From contig OZ025648.1 in the NCBI GenBank assembly GCA_964019335.1, positions 744,001-808,000 on the forward strand: a stretch of 64,000 nt of DNA, given 5' to 3'. Positions 32,457 through 44,000 of the stretch are shown one piece after another. The notes under the pieces were generated by a model. It was not told the DNA's origin and did not search any database. It saw only the letters and a list, made by a program, of their open reading frames with translations. The DNA comes from Diplonema japonicum (Eukaryota > Protista > Euglenozoa: Diplonemea). Numbering within the stretch: position 1 is the first letter of the stretch; each line of letters begins with the position of its first letter. The position numbers were made by a program, and so were the translations under genes.

Positions 32457-33548
32457 ATGGCTCCATGTTTACAACCGGTATCATTGATGCATTTGAACAG
32501 GGAAAGCGAGGGAATTAAATTCTTGAGGCTGCTGCGAAAGCCGAAAAATGTCGGGGAGGTTGTGCAAGCGATGTGGGAGCGTGTGGACACGGTGGTGCGG
32601 GACCCGTTCGCGCGGGAGGAAGGCGACGACGAGAGGTACCTGACCCTGCTGAAAGGCCTCCACCGGAGGGGCGCAGAATTCTCCGAGAGATCCGTCACAG
32701 AAATCTTAATCGCATGCGCCATGCTTGGCCTGACACGGTGCATCTCCGTCGTCGCAAAGCAACCCTTCGTCGACCCCAACGGAAAAGTAGGCAGTGTTAC
32801 ACCTCTGATGGCCGCAATATGCGGTGGCAACATCGCATGCCTGAAAGAACTCCTGTCCCACCCTACCATGGACGTTAACCTGGTATCGTCGGGCGATTCC
32901 CCATTGAGCGTGTGCGTTAAGAACGGATTATCGGAATGTCTTGCTCACTTAGTGGCACACCCTGCTATTTCTTTAAACACCCCTGTAGCTGGTGAAACTG
33001 TATTGTCAATGGCCGTTCGGTACGGGCAGATAGACTGTTTACATATTCTTCTTAATCATAAGAATATCGACATTAATGCAAGGAATGGAGAGGCGGTGAG
33101 GCTTGCGTTGAAATCGAGCAACGGGACGGTCTTGTCGGCCTTGTTGAACCATAGAAATGTTGATCCGAATATTGTTTTGGAGGATGGAGCGCTGGATGGG
33201 AACTTAGGGTGTCTGGACATGATCTTATCACATGCCTCTTTGAAGGAGGTAAGGTTTCCGGGTTTTCTTATCGCTGCCGTGAAGTGTAAGAACCTGCCGT
33301 TGTTGAGGAGGCTCTTGTCCTTGCCTTGTTTGGACGTGAATGCCGAGGCAAAGGGTACTACTGCGCTGATAGCCGCTGCTAAGTTCGGTCGCACTGACTG
33401 CCTTCGGCTCCTGCTTGACCATCCTCAAATCGATATCCATCTGAAGTCATCTGTTGGCGACACCGCACTCACGACTGCCCTGAGCTCAGGTCAAAACCAT
33501 TGTGTGAAAATGCTGATGTGGGAGGTTTACCACAAACATTTTTACTGA
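32457..33548 (+). CDS. Ankyrin-repeat protein (363 aa)
   Basis: Repeated ankyrin motifs TPLMAA, SPLSVC, TVLSMA, TALIAAA, TALTTA with LL.HP.ID.N endings. Confidence 0.9.
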   Translation: MAPCLQPVSLMHLNRESEGIKFLRLLRKPKNVGEVVQAMWERVDTVVRDPFAREEGDDERYLTLLKGLHRRGAEFSERSVTEILIACAMLGLTRCISVVAKQPFVDPNGKVGSVTPLMAAICGGNIACLKELLSHPTMDVNLVSSGDSPLSVCVKNGLSECLAHLVAHPAISLNTPVAGETVLSMAVRYGQIDCLHILLNHKNIDINARNGEAVRLALKSSNGTVLSALLNHRNVDPNIVLEDGALDGNLGCLDMILSHASLKEVRFPGFLIAAVKCKNLPLLRRLLSLPCLDVNAEAKGTTALIAAAKFGRTDCLRLLLDHPQIDIHLKSSVGDTALTTALSSGQNHCVKMLMWEVYHKHFY

Positions 33549-34309
33549 TTTTTTTTTTTTTTTTTTTGATACAGCCTGTTCTGCTCAACGGGGTAGCGGT
33601 TTTCTTTTTTTTTTTTTTTTATGATATGATTTTTTTTTTCTGTCGTTTCTTCTTCCCCCCCCCCCTCCTTTTTTATTTGAAGACTGTTTACACCATTATA
33701 ACGAGAAACAAAAAAAAAAACGAGCAAACAAAACTAAAAAATTCAATAGCAACAAAAAAAAGGGGGGTGTTTTTGTAATGAACTTCCCCCCCCCCCCCCC
33801 CCCTTCCCCTATCCCACCCCTGCCCTTTAATTTTATCTTCTCCCTCTCAGTCATAGGGATGGGATTCATTGATGATAAGTTGGGTTGGAAAAAAAAAAAA
33901 AAAAAGAAAAAAAAAAACTGAAGAAGCCCTTCTGTACATAACACCGGCTGATTTCTTTTTTCTTTTTTTTTCCTAATCAAAGAAGAGAACAACCACAAAA
34001 CACAAAAAAAAAAAAAAAAAAAAAAAAAAAAGCGCAAATTCCCACAATTCACGCGAGGCCAGAATGGAGCTGATTGGCTATGTTGAATAAGAACATTTAT
34101 TGTCAAAAAAAAAAGTTAAAAGAAAAAAGAGAATAATGCTAATAAAACCTTCCATTCCTTTTTTTTTCTCCCCCCCTTTTTTTTGTTTTAACAATATTAT
34201 TGTCGAGACTATAAAATAAAAAAAAAACTAGTTGATGGCAGCGTAATGAGCTATTTTATTAGGTAAAAATTTCCACTCGTGCGCACAAACAAAATGAAGC
34301 GCCAAAACT

Positions 34310-34368
<59 letters not shown>

Positions 34369-34900
34369 GCGCAATTATTAGCAAAAAAGGACGGGCCAGC
34401 ACCTGTGTCTTGCTTTTAGCACCTAAAAGAAAAAAAAAAAGAACCAAATCTATATCAATGTTGTGCACAAACAACTTTTTTTTTCTTCTTCTTTTTAAGA
34501 CGATACACATTACACCCCCAACTTGGCTAGAAAAAAGAAAAAAGAAAAAATAGAAGTTGTGTGAAGCTACATTGTAATGTAATGCGGCTTTTGCCAGCTC
34601 TGAGGCCTCTGTAAATAATACTTGGAATGTAAAAACCTACTATTATCGTGGTCCAAAGGGCTAGGTTCTTGATCTCCTCTCGTATCAGCGAGGACAACTA
34701 AAAGGAGAGGAGAGGGCGAAGAAGAAGAAGAAAACCCCCTCAAATCGCTCATATTACCACTCACTTAATCCCCTCCCTCCTATCTTCTCCGAGGTTTTAC
34801 CCTATAGTTTCTTTCTTGTGGTATATAATTTTTTTTTTTTTTATTTCCACTTGTGAACAACTGCACTTATTATTTCTCCCCCTCTTCTGCTGGTTTTCTT

Positions 34901-34931
<31 letters not shown>

Positions 34932-34954
34932 TTCTCAAATCGGCGTCGAAGAAA

Positions 34955-35510
34955 GAAATAGCTATTTATTGCCAACAAATAATGAGTCATTATTTAACTC
35001 GAGTTCCCGAATTTTTTGCACTCGGACCCGCAGGGCCCTCGTGCAAAAAAACGGTAACGAGTGTTAAATAATGGCTCATTTGGCGGCAAGTAAGTCGTTT
35101 TATTTCACTTTTCGTCATTTGAGTCACTCACTCTTCACTGCTTTCACTGCTGATTTTTTTCACGCAGGTCAGCTTTTTGGGGATTTTCCTAAGGTAATAC
35201 AGGGTAGCTATTTCGCCGTGGCATTTAAAGGGGAAGTAAAGCACTTATTCCCACTTTTAAGGGCTGGAATGGCCTCAGAAGGCCAAAAATAGTCAAAATA
35301 TCCCCACCCCAAAAAAAGTTTTTCAAGGGGTTGGGTGCATTTTTTTCCACGACAAGACCCATTTTTTCACTCTGAAGGGCCATTATTTAACTGCAAAATC
35401 TCATTATTTAACTAGTTAAATAATGGCCGTTTCGCGTTAAATAATGGCCATTTCGCGTTAAATAATGAGGCCCCTAGTGAGTGAAGAAAATGACGAAGAG
35501 TGAAATAAAA
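34955..35510. mobile_element. Non-autonomous palindromic DNA element (possibly Crypton-like)
   Basis: ~120-bp imperfect hairpin at 34969-35089. 34-bp inverted repeats at 35098-35131 and 35477-35510. Seven copies of CATTATTTAAC/GTTAAATAATG. No coding capacity seen. Confidence 0.6.
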
Positions 35511-35838
35511 ACAAAAAAAAAAAAGCTTTTTTTTTTTTTTTTCCATCTTAAGCCGAGTGAGAGACACCTGGAAAAGCACAGAGTGAGGCGGTACCCCCCC
35601 TTTTTTTTCATCCTTCCCTTTTCTACTTTTTTACCCTCTTTCTTTTCCATCCGTATATGCGCATCGGAAGAGAAAGAGCAACAGAAAGCCCTCTTGGATC
35701 ATAAATAATTCCTTGAGGCCGAGGCAGATGCGGTCTTTTTTTTCTTCTTTTTTTTTCTTCCACTTTATATTTGCTACGCCCCATTCTCTAACCCCGTTGT
35801 TGGCCCCTTCCGTAAGGAGGACAGAGGGAAATGCTATT

Positions 35839-35869
<31 letters not shown>

Positions 35870-36713
35870 CCGAACTGGTCCCCCAAATTCCCATTTAGCA
35901 CCCTTAGAGCATTACGGATTTCGCGTAACGGGGTTTTAGAGATGTGGAGGGTCGTTTTTTTATTTTTTTATATTTTTTGAAGTTGAAAAAAAAAAGAAAA
36001 TAATCGCATCTCGGCCTTGCCATTTAAAAAAAAAAAAAAAAAAAAAAGAAAAAGATGAAAAAAATTATTTCCTCCTTTTTTTTTCCTTCCTCCTTTTTTC
36101 TTCTTTCTTTCTTTTTTTTTTCTTCTTATTGGGTGTGGGTTGCTAGCAACGTTCCACTCTATCATCATCAGAACAATATTCTTGAACATTATTCGTTTCT
36201 TTTTTCTTTTTTTTTGTTGTTGTTATTGTTTAGTTGAAAAAAAACTGCCTATTAGATAAAACTGGCATTTCTTTTTTTCGCCTATTTTCTTTTAGCCTTG
36301 GGGGGGGGGGGGGGGGGGGGATGTGTTGTTACAAAATCTTTTAATGACCAATATGTTCCTACTTGTGCCGAGCAAAAAAAAATTGTGTTCGTGCGAATAA
36401 CTACCTAACATATAAGTCTTGAAAGAGTTGGCCCCCCCCCCTTTTTTTTCTTTAGCCGTTTCTGTTCCGTTTTGCGAGATTCTGTAGGTTCCCCCTTTAA
36501 TTCTAGCTCTCCCTCCTCCAACACAATTCACACCTTAAAAACCATGACCTGAAACGAGAAGGGTGCGGAAAATGAAGAAGAAGAAGAAGAAAAAAAAAAA
36601 AAAAAAAAAAAACCTTCCCCCCTCTGGTTGCACGTTCCATGAGTTTTTTCAATTTCCTTTTATTTAATTCTTGAGCAGCTCTCTTAAAGAAATTTTGGCT
36701 GGTCCGTCCGCTG

Positions 36714-36726
36714 GAAATAAAGTATC

Positions 36727-36771
<45 letters not shown>

Positions 36772-36810
36772 CCAAGCGTTGCTGGGCGTGAAAATCAGGT
36801 ACTTTATTTC
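36714..36810. repeat. Inverted repeat (19/20 match) interrupted by an expanded T run; probable element terminus
   Basis: gaaataaagtatctgatttt ... aaaatcaggtactttatttc flanks the small stem gccaagc-gtt-gctgggc. Confidence 0.6.
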
Positions 36811-37534
36811 ACGTCCACACGTCATTTTCAAGCACAATGGCCTACAGGAAGGTGAGAGCGGTTTTTGCACCTACCACTCGCTCAAGCCGAATAGAAAAAC
36901 ACGGCCAATTGTCGAACACCCCATCAGATATTTTAAATATCTGTGCGGTCAAGAACTCGAGTTCCTCCACCTGGACAAGCTGCCCAGAACCGTATTCAGT
37001 AAAGACTCGATCCAAATTCTTTGCGAGAGCAGCACATCATTAAATAAAATGTAGCACTGAATAAAAATCAGAGCATGATTTCACTTGTGGGGGGACCACG
37101 CGTAAGATCAGGCTATCTGATTTTTGTTTCATTTAATAAATAGCTATTTTTTTTTTCCCTCTTTCTTTTTTCTTTTTATACACAACTTCAATCAAGGGCT
37201 ACCATCATAGGAGTTTCTTTCTTTTTTTTTTCTTCTTTTGTTTCTCTTTTTTTTTTATATTTGTATTCAACAAGTACTATGCTCGTTTCTTGTAAGAGCA
37301 AAAAAAAGAGTAGTGGTGAGGCATGCAGTATTCATCCCAGGATTTATACCTGTGTGCACAAACAAATGCTACAAATCCACTCTTTTTCTTTTTGTTTTGT
37401 TTTGTTGCAAACGAGACTTTGACTTGTCTAAACAAAAAAAGAAAAAAAAAGAAGAAAAAAAAGGGGGGGGGAAAGGATGCTGACAATTTGTTTGCAGGTT
37501 ATAAACTTCTGCCTTGGTAGTTCAGGAAAACGAG

Positions 37535-37567
<33 letters not shown>

Positions 37568-40113
37568 ACCTTGTTGTCGGTTTACAGTAAGGAAAAATAT
37601 ATATGTCACTCTTGAAAAAGGTTCCATTTTTCTTTTTTTTTTTTACCTTGCCATTGTGTATGTCATCGTGTGACGCGAAAAAAAAAAAAAAAAAAAAAAA
37701 AGTGTATGTTTACATAAATCGTAAAGTACCCAACATCACCCATCATCCTTGTTTGTAGGCCCCACCCATAAGGGCCACCAAGGGTAGTTCTCTCGCAGCA
37801 TGGCTTAAGAGAGAAACGGGAATTGAAAAAGAAAAAAGAAGGAAAAAAAAACAAAACAAAAAAACAAAAAACAACCACAAATCAAAACAAAAAAAAAAAA
37901 AAAAAAAGAAGGAAAAGACGAAGCGTTAAAGTGAAAACTAAACAGTTACGTGGTTACTGGAATTCTTTTTTTTTTTCTTTTTTCTTTTTTTTTTTTTTTT
38001 AAAGCAAACCGCACGAGCGCCGAATATTGGTTTTGCGCCCATCTGTAAATCAGGTAGAAAGCGCTTGTGTCAACGTATACTAGCCTCCTTTATTTCTTTA
38101 TATTATATTTATATATATATTTTTTAAATTCAACTCGAGCCGGTTTTTCAAGGGTGGGAGGGAAAGTAAGATTTACTTTATGTCACACCCAGACTTTATA
38201 TATTGGGAAGGAAGCAGAAGGATACAAAAGCAGAGGTGTCGAACGGTTCTTCCGCTCCCCCGCACAGAAACCACTGCATACAAAAATTGGTTTCCCCTGC
38301 CACCACACGGGACCATAATGGTATCTTTATTTTTCACTTTTATAAACAGCTATTTTTTTTTCTTTCTGTTCCATTGTATTTAAAACAAAAAAAGGGGGGG
38401 GGGAGGGTATTTCCCCCCCTTTTTTTTTCTTTCTGTGAAAAAGCAGGAAAGGGACGCGACAACGGGCCTCAGCTCTGTTTGGGGGGACAACGAAAAATAT
38501 GCGAGGCGCGTGAAATTGTTTTTTTTTCTTCTCTTTTTTTTTCTTTTTTTTTCTTTTTTTTTTTTTTTAGAGCTGAGTCCGTTTCTCTTTTTCTCTTTTC
38601 TTTTCAAAAATTATAAAAAAAAAAAAACTAAATTACTCGAATCGCAAAACATGCCGGGGGGGGGGGGGGGGGGGGAATGGTTTATATTATTTTTTTATTT
38701 TTTATTTTTTATTTTTTATTTTTTACTACATTAGAGCACCTTTAGGAGGAGGTGCAAACATTACAATCACAGAAATAGGCTCTAACATCTTTTTCTTGTG
38801 GTTTTTTTTTTCTTTTTTTTTAAATGTCTCTTTTTTTTTTTTTTTTTTTTTTTTTTTCATGGGGCGGCAAGACCTTTGACCAGGTTAGGTGCGTAACGAC
38901 ACCTCCCCTTAAGTGTCATTTCAAGGAAGTACGTTCCAGGGTGATGCCCAGCAGAATAAGGCATGCGGCGAGCGCCTTGAGACAACGAAATCGTACTTTC
39001 GCCTTGACGTTAAAATGTTAAAAGATTGAATTGAAGAGGGAGTATTCCCCCTCGCACTCTTATATTTCCCCCCCCTCTTTTTCTCCCCCCCCCTCTTGTT
39101 TAATTACTCAAAAAAAAACCTCCTCTCTTTTAAGAAAAAAAAAGTAAGTAATTTCCCCTTTATCTAACTCCTCCGTTTTCCTTTTTTTTTTTGTTTGTTA
39201 CAAATATTTATCTTTCAAAAAAAAAATGAATTTATAACTATATGCAACTTGTGCCGAGCAAAAAAAAAAAAAAAAAAAAAAAAAAACATTCGCAGTTGCT
39301 CGTGCGAACGACGAAAACATATAGTCATAAAGAATTATTTTTATTTTATTTTTTTCCTTCCTCTCTTTCCTCTTCAAAGAGGTAGCATCATAGAACTGTG
39401 ATTACATGTTATTCCATTTTCTTTTTTATGTTTTTTTTTTTTCTTCTTTTTTTTCTGTTTTTTCCGCACGCATCTCTAAAACCCTTTTAGCACTGTTGTG
39501 TCCGTAAGCAGAAAATTACTTTTTTTTTTCTTCTCCTTTAAACAGCTGCTGCAATGAACTCGTTTCGCGAGTCTCTTCAATGCTTACGTGTTTTTCTTCT
39601 TCTTTTTTTCTTCGCCAGTTGGTTTTTATCTGTTGTTCTGCTTGCTGCGAATGCTGGTCAGACTGGTTGGAGATATGGGGTGTTTTTTTGTTTTTTTTTT
39701 TTTTTATTCTCCCAGGTGCATGTGGCGATACCCCAAGCGAAGCCCAAATGCGAGGGTCCCTCCAACAAATTAGTTCAATTTTTTTTCCCCCCCATCCCAA
39801 GAACAAACCATACGAAGAAAAGAACATGAGGTGAGGGGACGAACACCCATCGATTCACCCTCCACCCACCCCTCCCCCAGCTCTTTCTCTTCTGTTTTTA
39901 AATAAAAAAAAGGAAATCCACATCAAAAGAGATAAAGAGAATTATACAAAAAAAGAGAAAGAAAAAGAAAGAAAGAAAGGAAAAGGGGCAAGAAAGGGGG
40001 TGAAAGTAAAGAAGAGAGAAAAGAATGAAACAAAAAAAAAAAGAATTTCACTCTGGGGGTATGGGGAGGGAGGGGGGAAGGTACTAGGAGAGAATTCGGA
40101 GGGTATTGGAAAA

Positions 40114-40144
<31 letters not shown>

Positions 40145-40860
40145 CTGTTTCAACGAAACAAAAGAAAAATCAGAAAGCATGCGGAGACGATAAACCGTAT
40201 TTGTACTTTAAAAAAAAAAAAAAAAAAAAAAAAGAAACGGAGGGAAATGTTCCCAAATCCAAAAGATTTTTGTCTTGGAGTCTTATTCCGATCCGAGATT
40301 AATTTAATTTCGTAATTTTTAATTTCTTTTCTTCCTTTAACTCTCAAGTTACCGTACAAACGCATTTTTTTTTTTCGTTTCTATAAATATAAATTCGGTG
40401 TACTCGGGAATAATAATAAAAAAAATAATAACTGCAATCAAAACAAAATCAAACCCCCCCCCAAAAAAAAGAACGATAAACAATCCTCCGGAAAGGTTTA
40501 AAAATTACTAAAAGAAAGAAAGAAAGAAAGAAAAAAGAAAATCCAATTACCCTTTTATCCTCCCGCAACACCTTCCTTTTTTGAGTGTTTCACATTTTTA
40601 TTTGTTACAGTTAAACCTCCTTCCTCAGACCTTCTATTGCAATTTTCTTCTTTTTTTTCTCTTCTTTCATCCCCCTACCTTTTTTTTTTTTCGTAACACC
40701 CTTCCCCGGGAAGGGTAACACATCAAACCAAAAAAAGAAAAAAAAAAAGCACGGGTGAAAAAAAAAAAGGAAAGAAAAAGAAAGAAAAAAAGAATATCCA
40801 TGCTCAAACTTGAGCAACTGACTCCCCATCATTTTTTTTTTTTTTTTTTTTTTTTCTTCT

Positions 40861-40898
<38 letters not shown>

Positions 40899-41043
40899 CC
40901 AAGATGCCCAGAACACACATCCACAGAAAACAACAACAAAAAAAAAAGAGAAAAAAAAAGAAAAAAAAAAACATATGTCGCGTAACGCATAACGAATTAA
41001 AAAAAAAAGTTTTTTTAAAAAAAAAAAATATTAAAAGGTAACC

Positions 41044-44000
41044 ATGAGTAGCGATGGCGATCTACTGATGGAGGTAGAGAAGATAACGGGGAAGGAGAAG
41101 GAAAAGGAAGCTGAAAACATCCTGCAGGAAATCTTGAGGGTAAGCACCCAGGACAGCTTTCCCTCAGAAATGCCCGCAAGAGAAACTACCACAACAATCC
41201 CGTCGGCCAGGGAACAGTCGTTGTACCTCGATCCAGAACTCTGCGACAAGCTAACGAGGATACCAAACGCGGAAAAAGAAAATTTCGTGCAGTACTTTCT
41301 AACAGCAATAGGCCACAACAGAGGCTCTCAGTCAGACGTTATCAAAGAAGCAACTACATGGATCGACGCAAACAGAGCAAATCAATCTGAACGCTCCCAA
41401 TCCGCCTTTACAGACCTCAAAATCCGATTCAGCGATGGGATCGACTACGCAAAATCCCTCGAAGGCCTCAGCAAAATCGATTTTTGGGGACCTGACTACA
41501 CACCCGACTGTTCAGTCAGAGAAATGGCCCAAAAACTAGAAGTCTGGAGCACCCCAAAAGGCAGGTGTTGGTCTAAAGAAGAAGTCGCAGATGTCATAAC
41601 CCTACAAAATATCGAATCGACTGTCATTGCTCAGTTTGAGAAAACCGCGATTCCCATCTACATCTACACGTCAGCGATGTATCGAAAAGTTCTCTGGGCT
41701 GTATGGGTACCCTCGCAGGAGAGGTGGTCTGAGATAAAATACCATGCAGAACTGGAGAAGGAGTACCGCCCTCACGAAAGATCCCTCACTATAAAAAGCA
41801 AAAAAGCACTGCGAGAAATCGCAGCAGCCTACAAGGTCAAGATGGAACACGTCGACCCCTCCCCTTCCCCCATCAAGGATCGATTCTACAATCTTGACGG
41901 ACTGCGAGGAAAGCTTCAGTCCGGTGACGTGTACTACCTCATACGCTCCACTGATGAATACGACTCCGTCTCCCCCATTAAAAATTCCGTAGCGTGGGTG
42001 TCATCACCTGAAATGTATTTCAACGACCCTGTGTTTGGAATAGATGCTTTTATGCCACCATCACGTGTTTTTGAGTATCTCGAATCAAGGCCGCGAGATG
42101 AGACAACTCACCGCACGCAATGGAACTGTAAACCAAAGGGGACATCGACAGGAGACGCGCTTATTAAGGAATGTTATGCGGAACCCAATCAGAGCACGTA
42201 CAATAAAAATTTGCATGCAAAGTTTATCCAGCTTCTCGACAACACCCCGTCATCGGGGAAGACGGCACCGCTTCGGTTGATTATGAACGAGAAGTTGAAG
42301 GATTCGGGGCAGAAACCCACCCCGCAGGACATCGCACACGCTTTGGAACTGCAGGAGCTTGAATGGTCGAACAACCAGGGCAAAAAAAAAACATTTGTAG
42401 TTGGGTTGTCGGGGTTCCCCCGTCTCATTGTCGACACGGCGTACCCCCACGCTTGCACAGACTTATTTCGTGTGTATCATGAGTGTATCGAACAACCCTA
42501 CCATCTTCTCAACGCCACCATGCGGAACGTGCAATCTGGTTCTGCTGCCGTCACTATCGATATCCGAACTAGTAAGTACCGTGGGCATTATGTGTGTAAA
42601 GAGGTGAACCCTCGTAAAGGAAACCCTGTCCCCCTCTATCAGGAACCCAACAAACATCGTGCCATCTGGAAGGAGAACGAAACGTGGTGTATTACACATG
42701 CGAACGGAAAATCCGAGTTTCATGTTGACTACGAGGACTGCAAGATGAAGATCGGGACATGGATGCTGGAAGACGTCCGCCCCCTCATGTGGTACCTCGA
42801 GAAGGGCCTTGAAAGCATCCCGCTTGAGAAAGAAATTGTTAAAAGCTATCGAGGTCTTGCTGATGTGACCCTTGCCCGGGACATATACAGCCCTGGCGGC
42901 CTTGTCATGTGGGGTGCGTACAGTTCAAGCTCAGCAGATCAAGCGACCGCCACGTGGTTCGCAATGCAGGAAGGCTCTGCTGCTGTGTTCACCCTACGCG
43001 GCCGAAGCTGTAAAATGATTGCTGATTATTCGAGATTCGCGCGTGAGATGGAATACCTGTACCCACCTAACATCTGTTTCCAAGTCAAAACCATGCTGAC
43101 GGAAGACCAGCAGCAGATCCTTGGCCGCGAGGGTCTCCAGCTATACGAACTCGACGAAGTGGATGACCTCGAAGCTCTGTCCATCTACATCACACAAAAC
43201 ATCAACTCCGCCATCACGGGGCAGGGCATGGGGTTGGTCAACCAGTTGGTCTCTGTGATCCAAGCGCTGGTTAACAAAGAACTGCTCGATGCACTCGAGC
43301 ACGCTGTGGCACCAAGCAAACCCCTGCTGCAAAAGGAGTACGGCATGGAGATGGCAAAGAGGCTGAAGGTGCTCGCCGAGCAGAACACGCTTCCCATCGA
43401 CGACGACGACAAAGACGGTGTCTCCGTTGTGCTGAACGACAGCCTGATCAGTGCCGCGAGCGATGGCTACAACGACGCTGTCGAGAAGCTCATCGAACTG
43501 GGTGCGAACTCAGACACACGATGCGCCGACGGGTGGTACCCAGTGGAGCACGCTCTCATCGGCGGGCACCTCAACGTCACGCAGCTCCTTCTAAAACATG
43601 CCAACCTCGGCACCGAAACGGAGTTTGTAAAGCACGTCGACGAGACAGGTTCCACACCTTTGCACAGGATGGCCGAGGCAGGGCATGAAAAGGCCGTTAT
43701 CCTCCTTCTGCGCATTGGGGCCGACCCTCTCGCGAGGAACAAACAGAAGCAGACACCTGCCGAGCTCGCCTTTGCTGGCAAGCACACTGACCTCGTCCAC
43801 CTGCTAAAACCCAGTCAGGTGCTCGGCGAGGCAGAGATGCAGAAGATGCGGAAGTACTGGCGATCGTCGCATTACTCCAGCGATGACAGGCGTTCGCGGT
43901 TCACAGAATCGGACAAAGGTGTGGAGTGTGTGCCATATGGGATCAGAACCTCGACGCAGGCGATGGAACAGAAGAAGACATCTGAGGACAGCTTTGCAAT

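Noticed and set aside
35381-35468. Short repeats that might suggest a CRISPR array or a dif site
   Set aside because: No unique spacers, no cas genes and a eukaryotic context; the similarity to a XerD arm is only a few bases.
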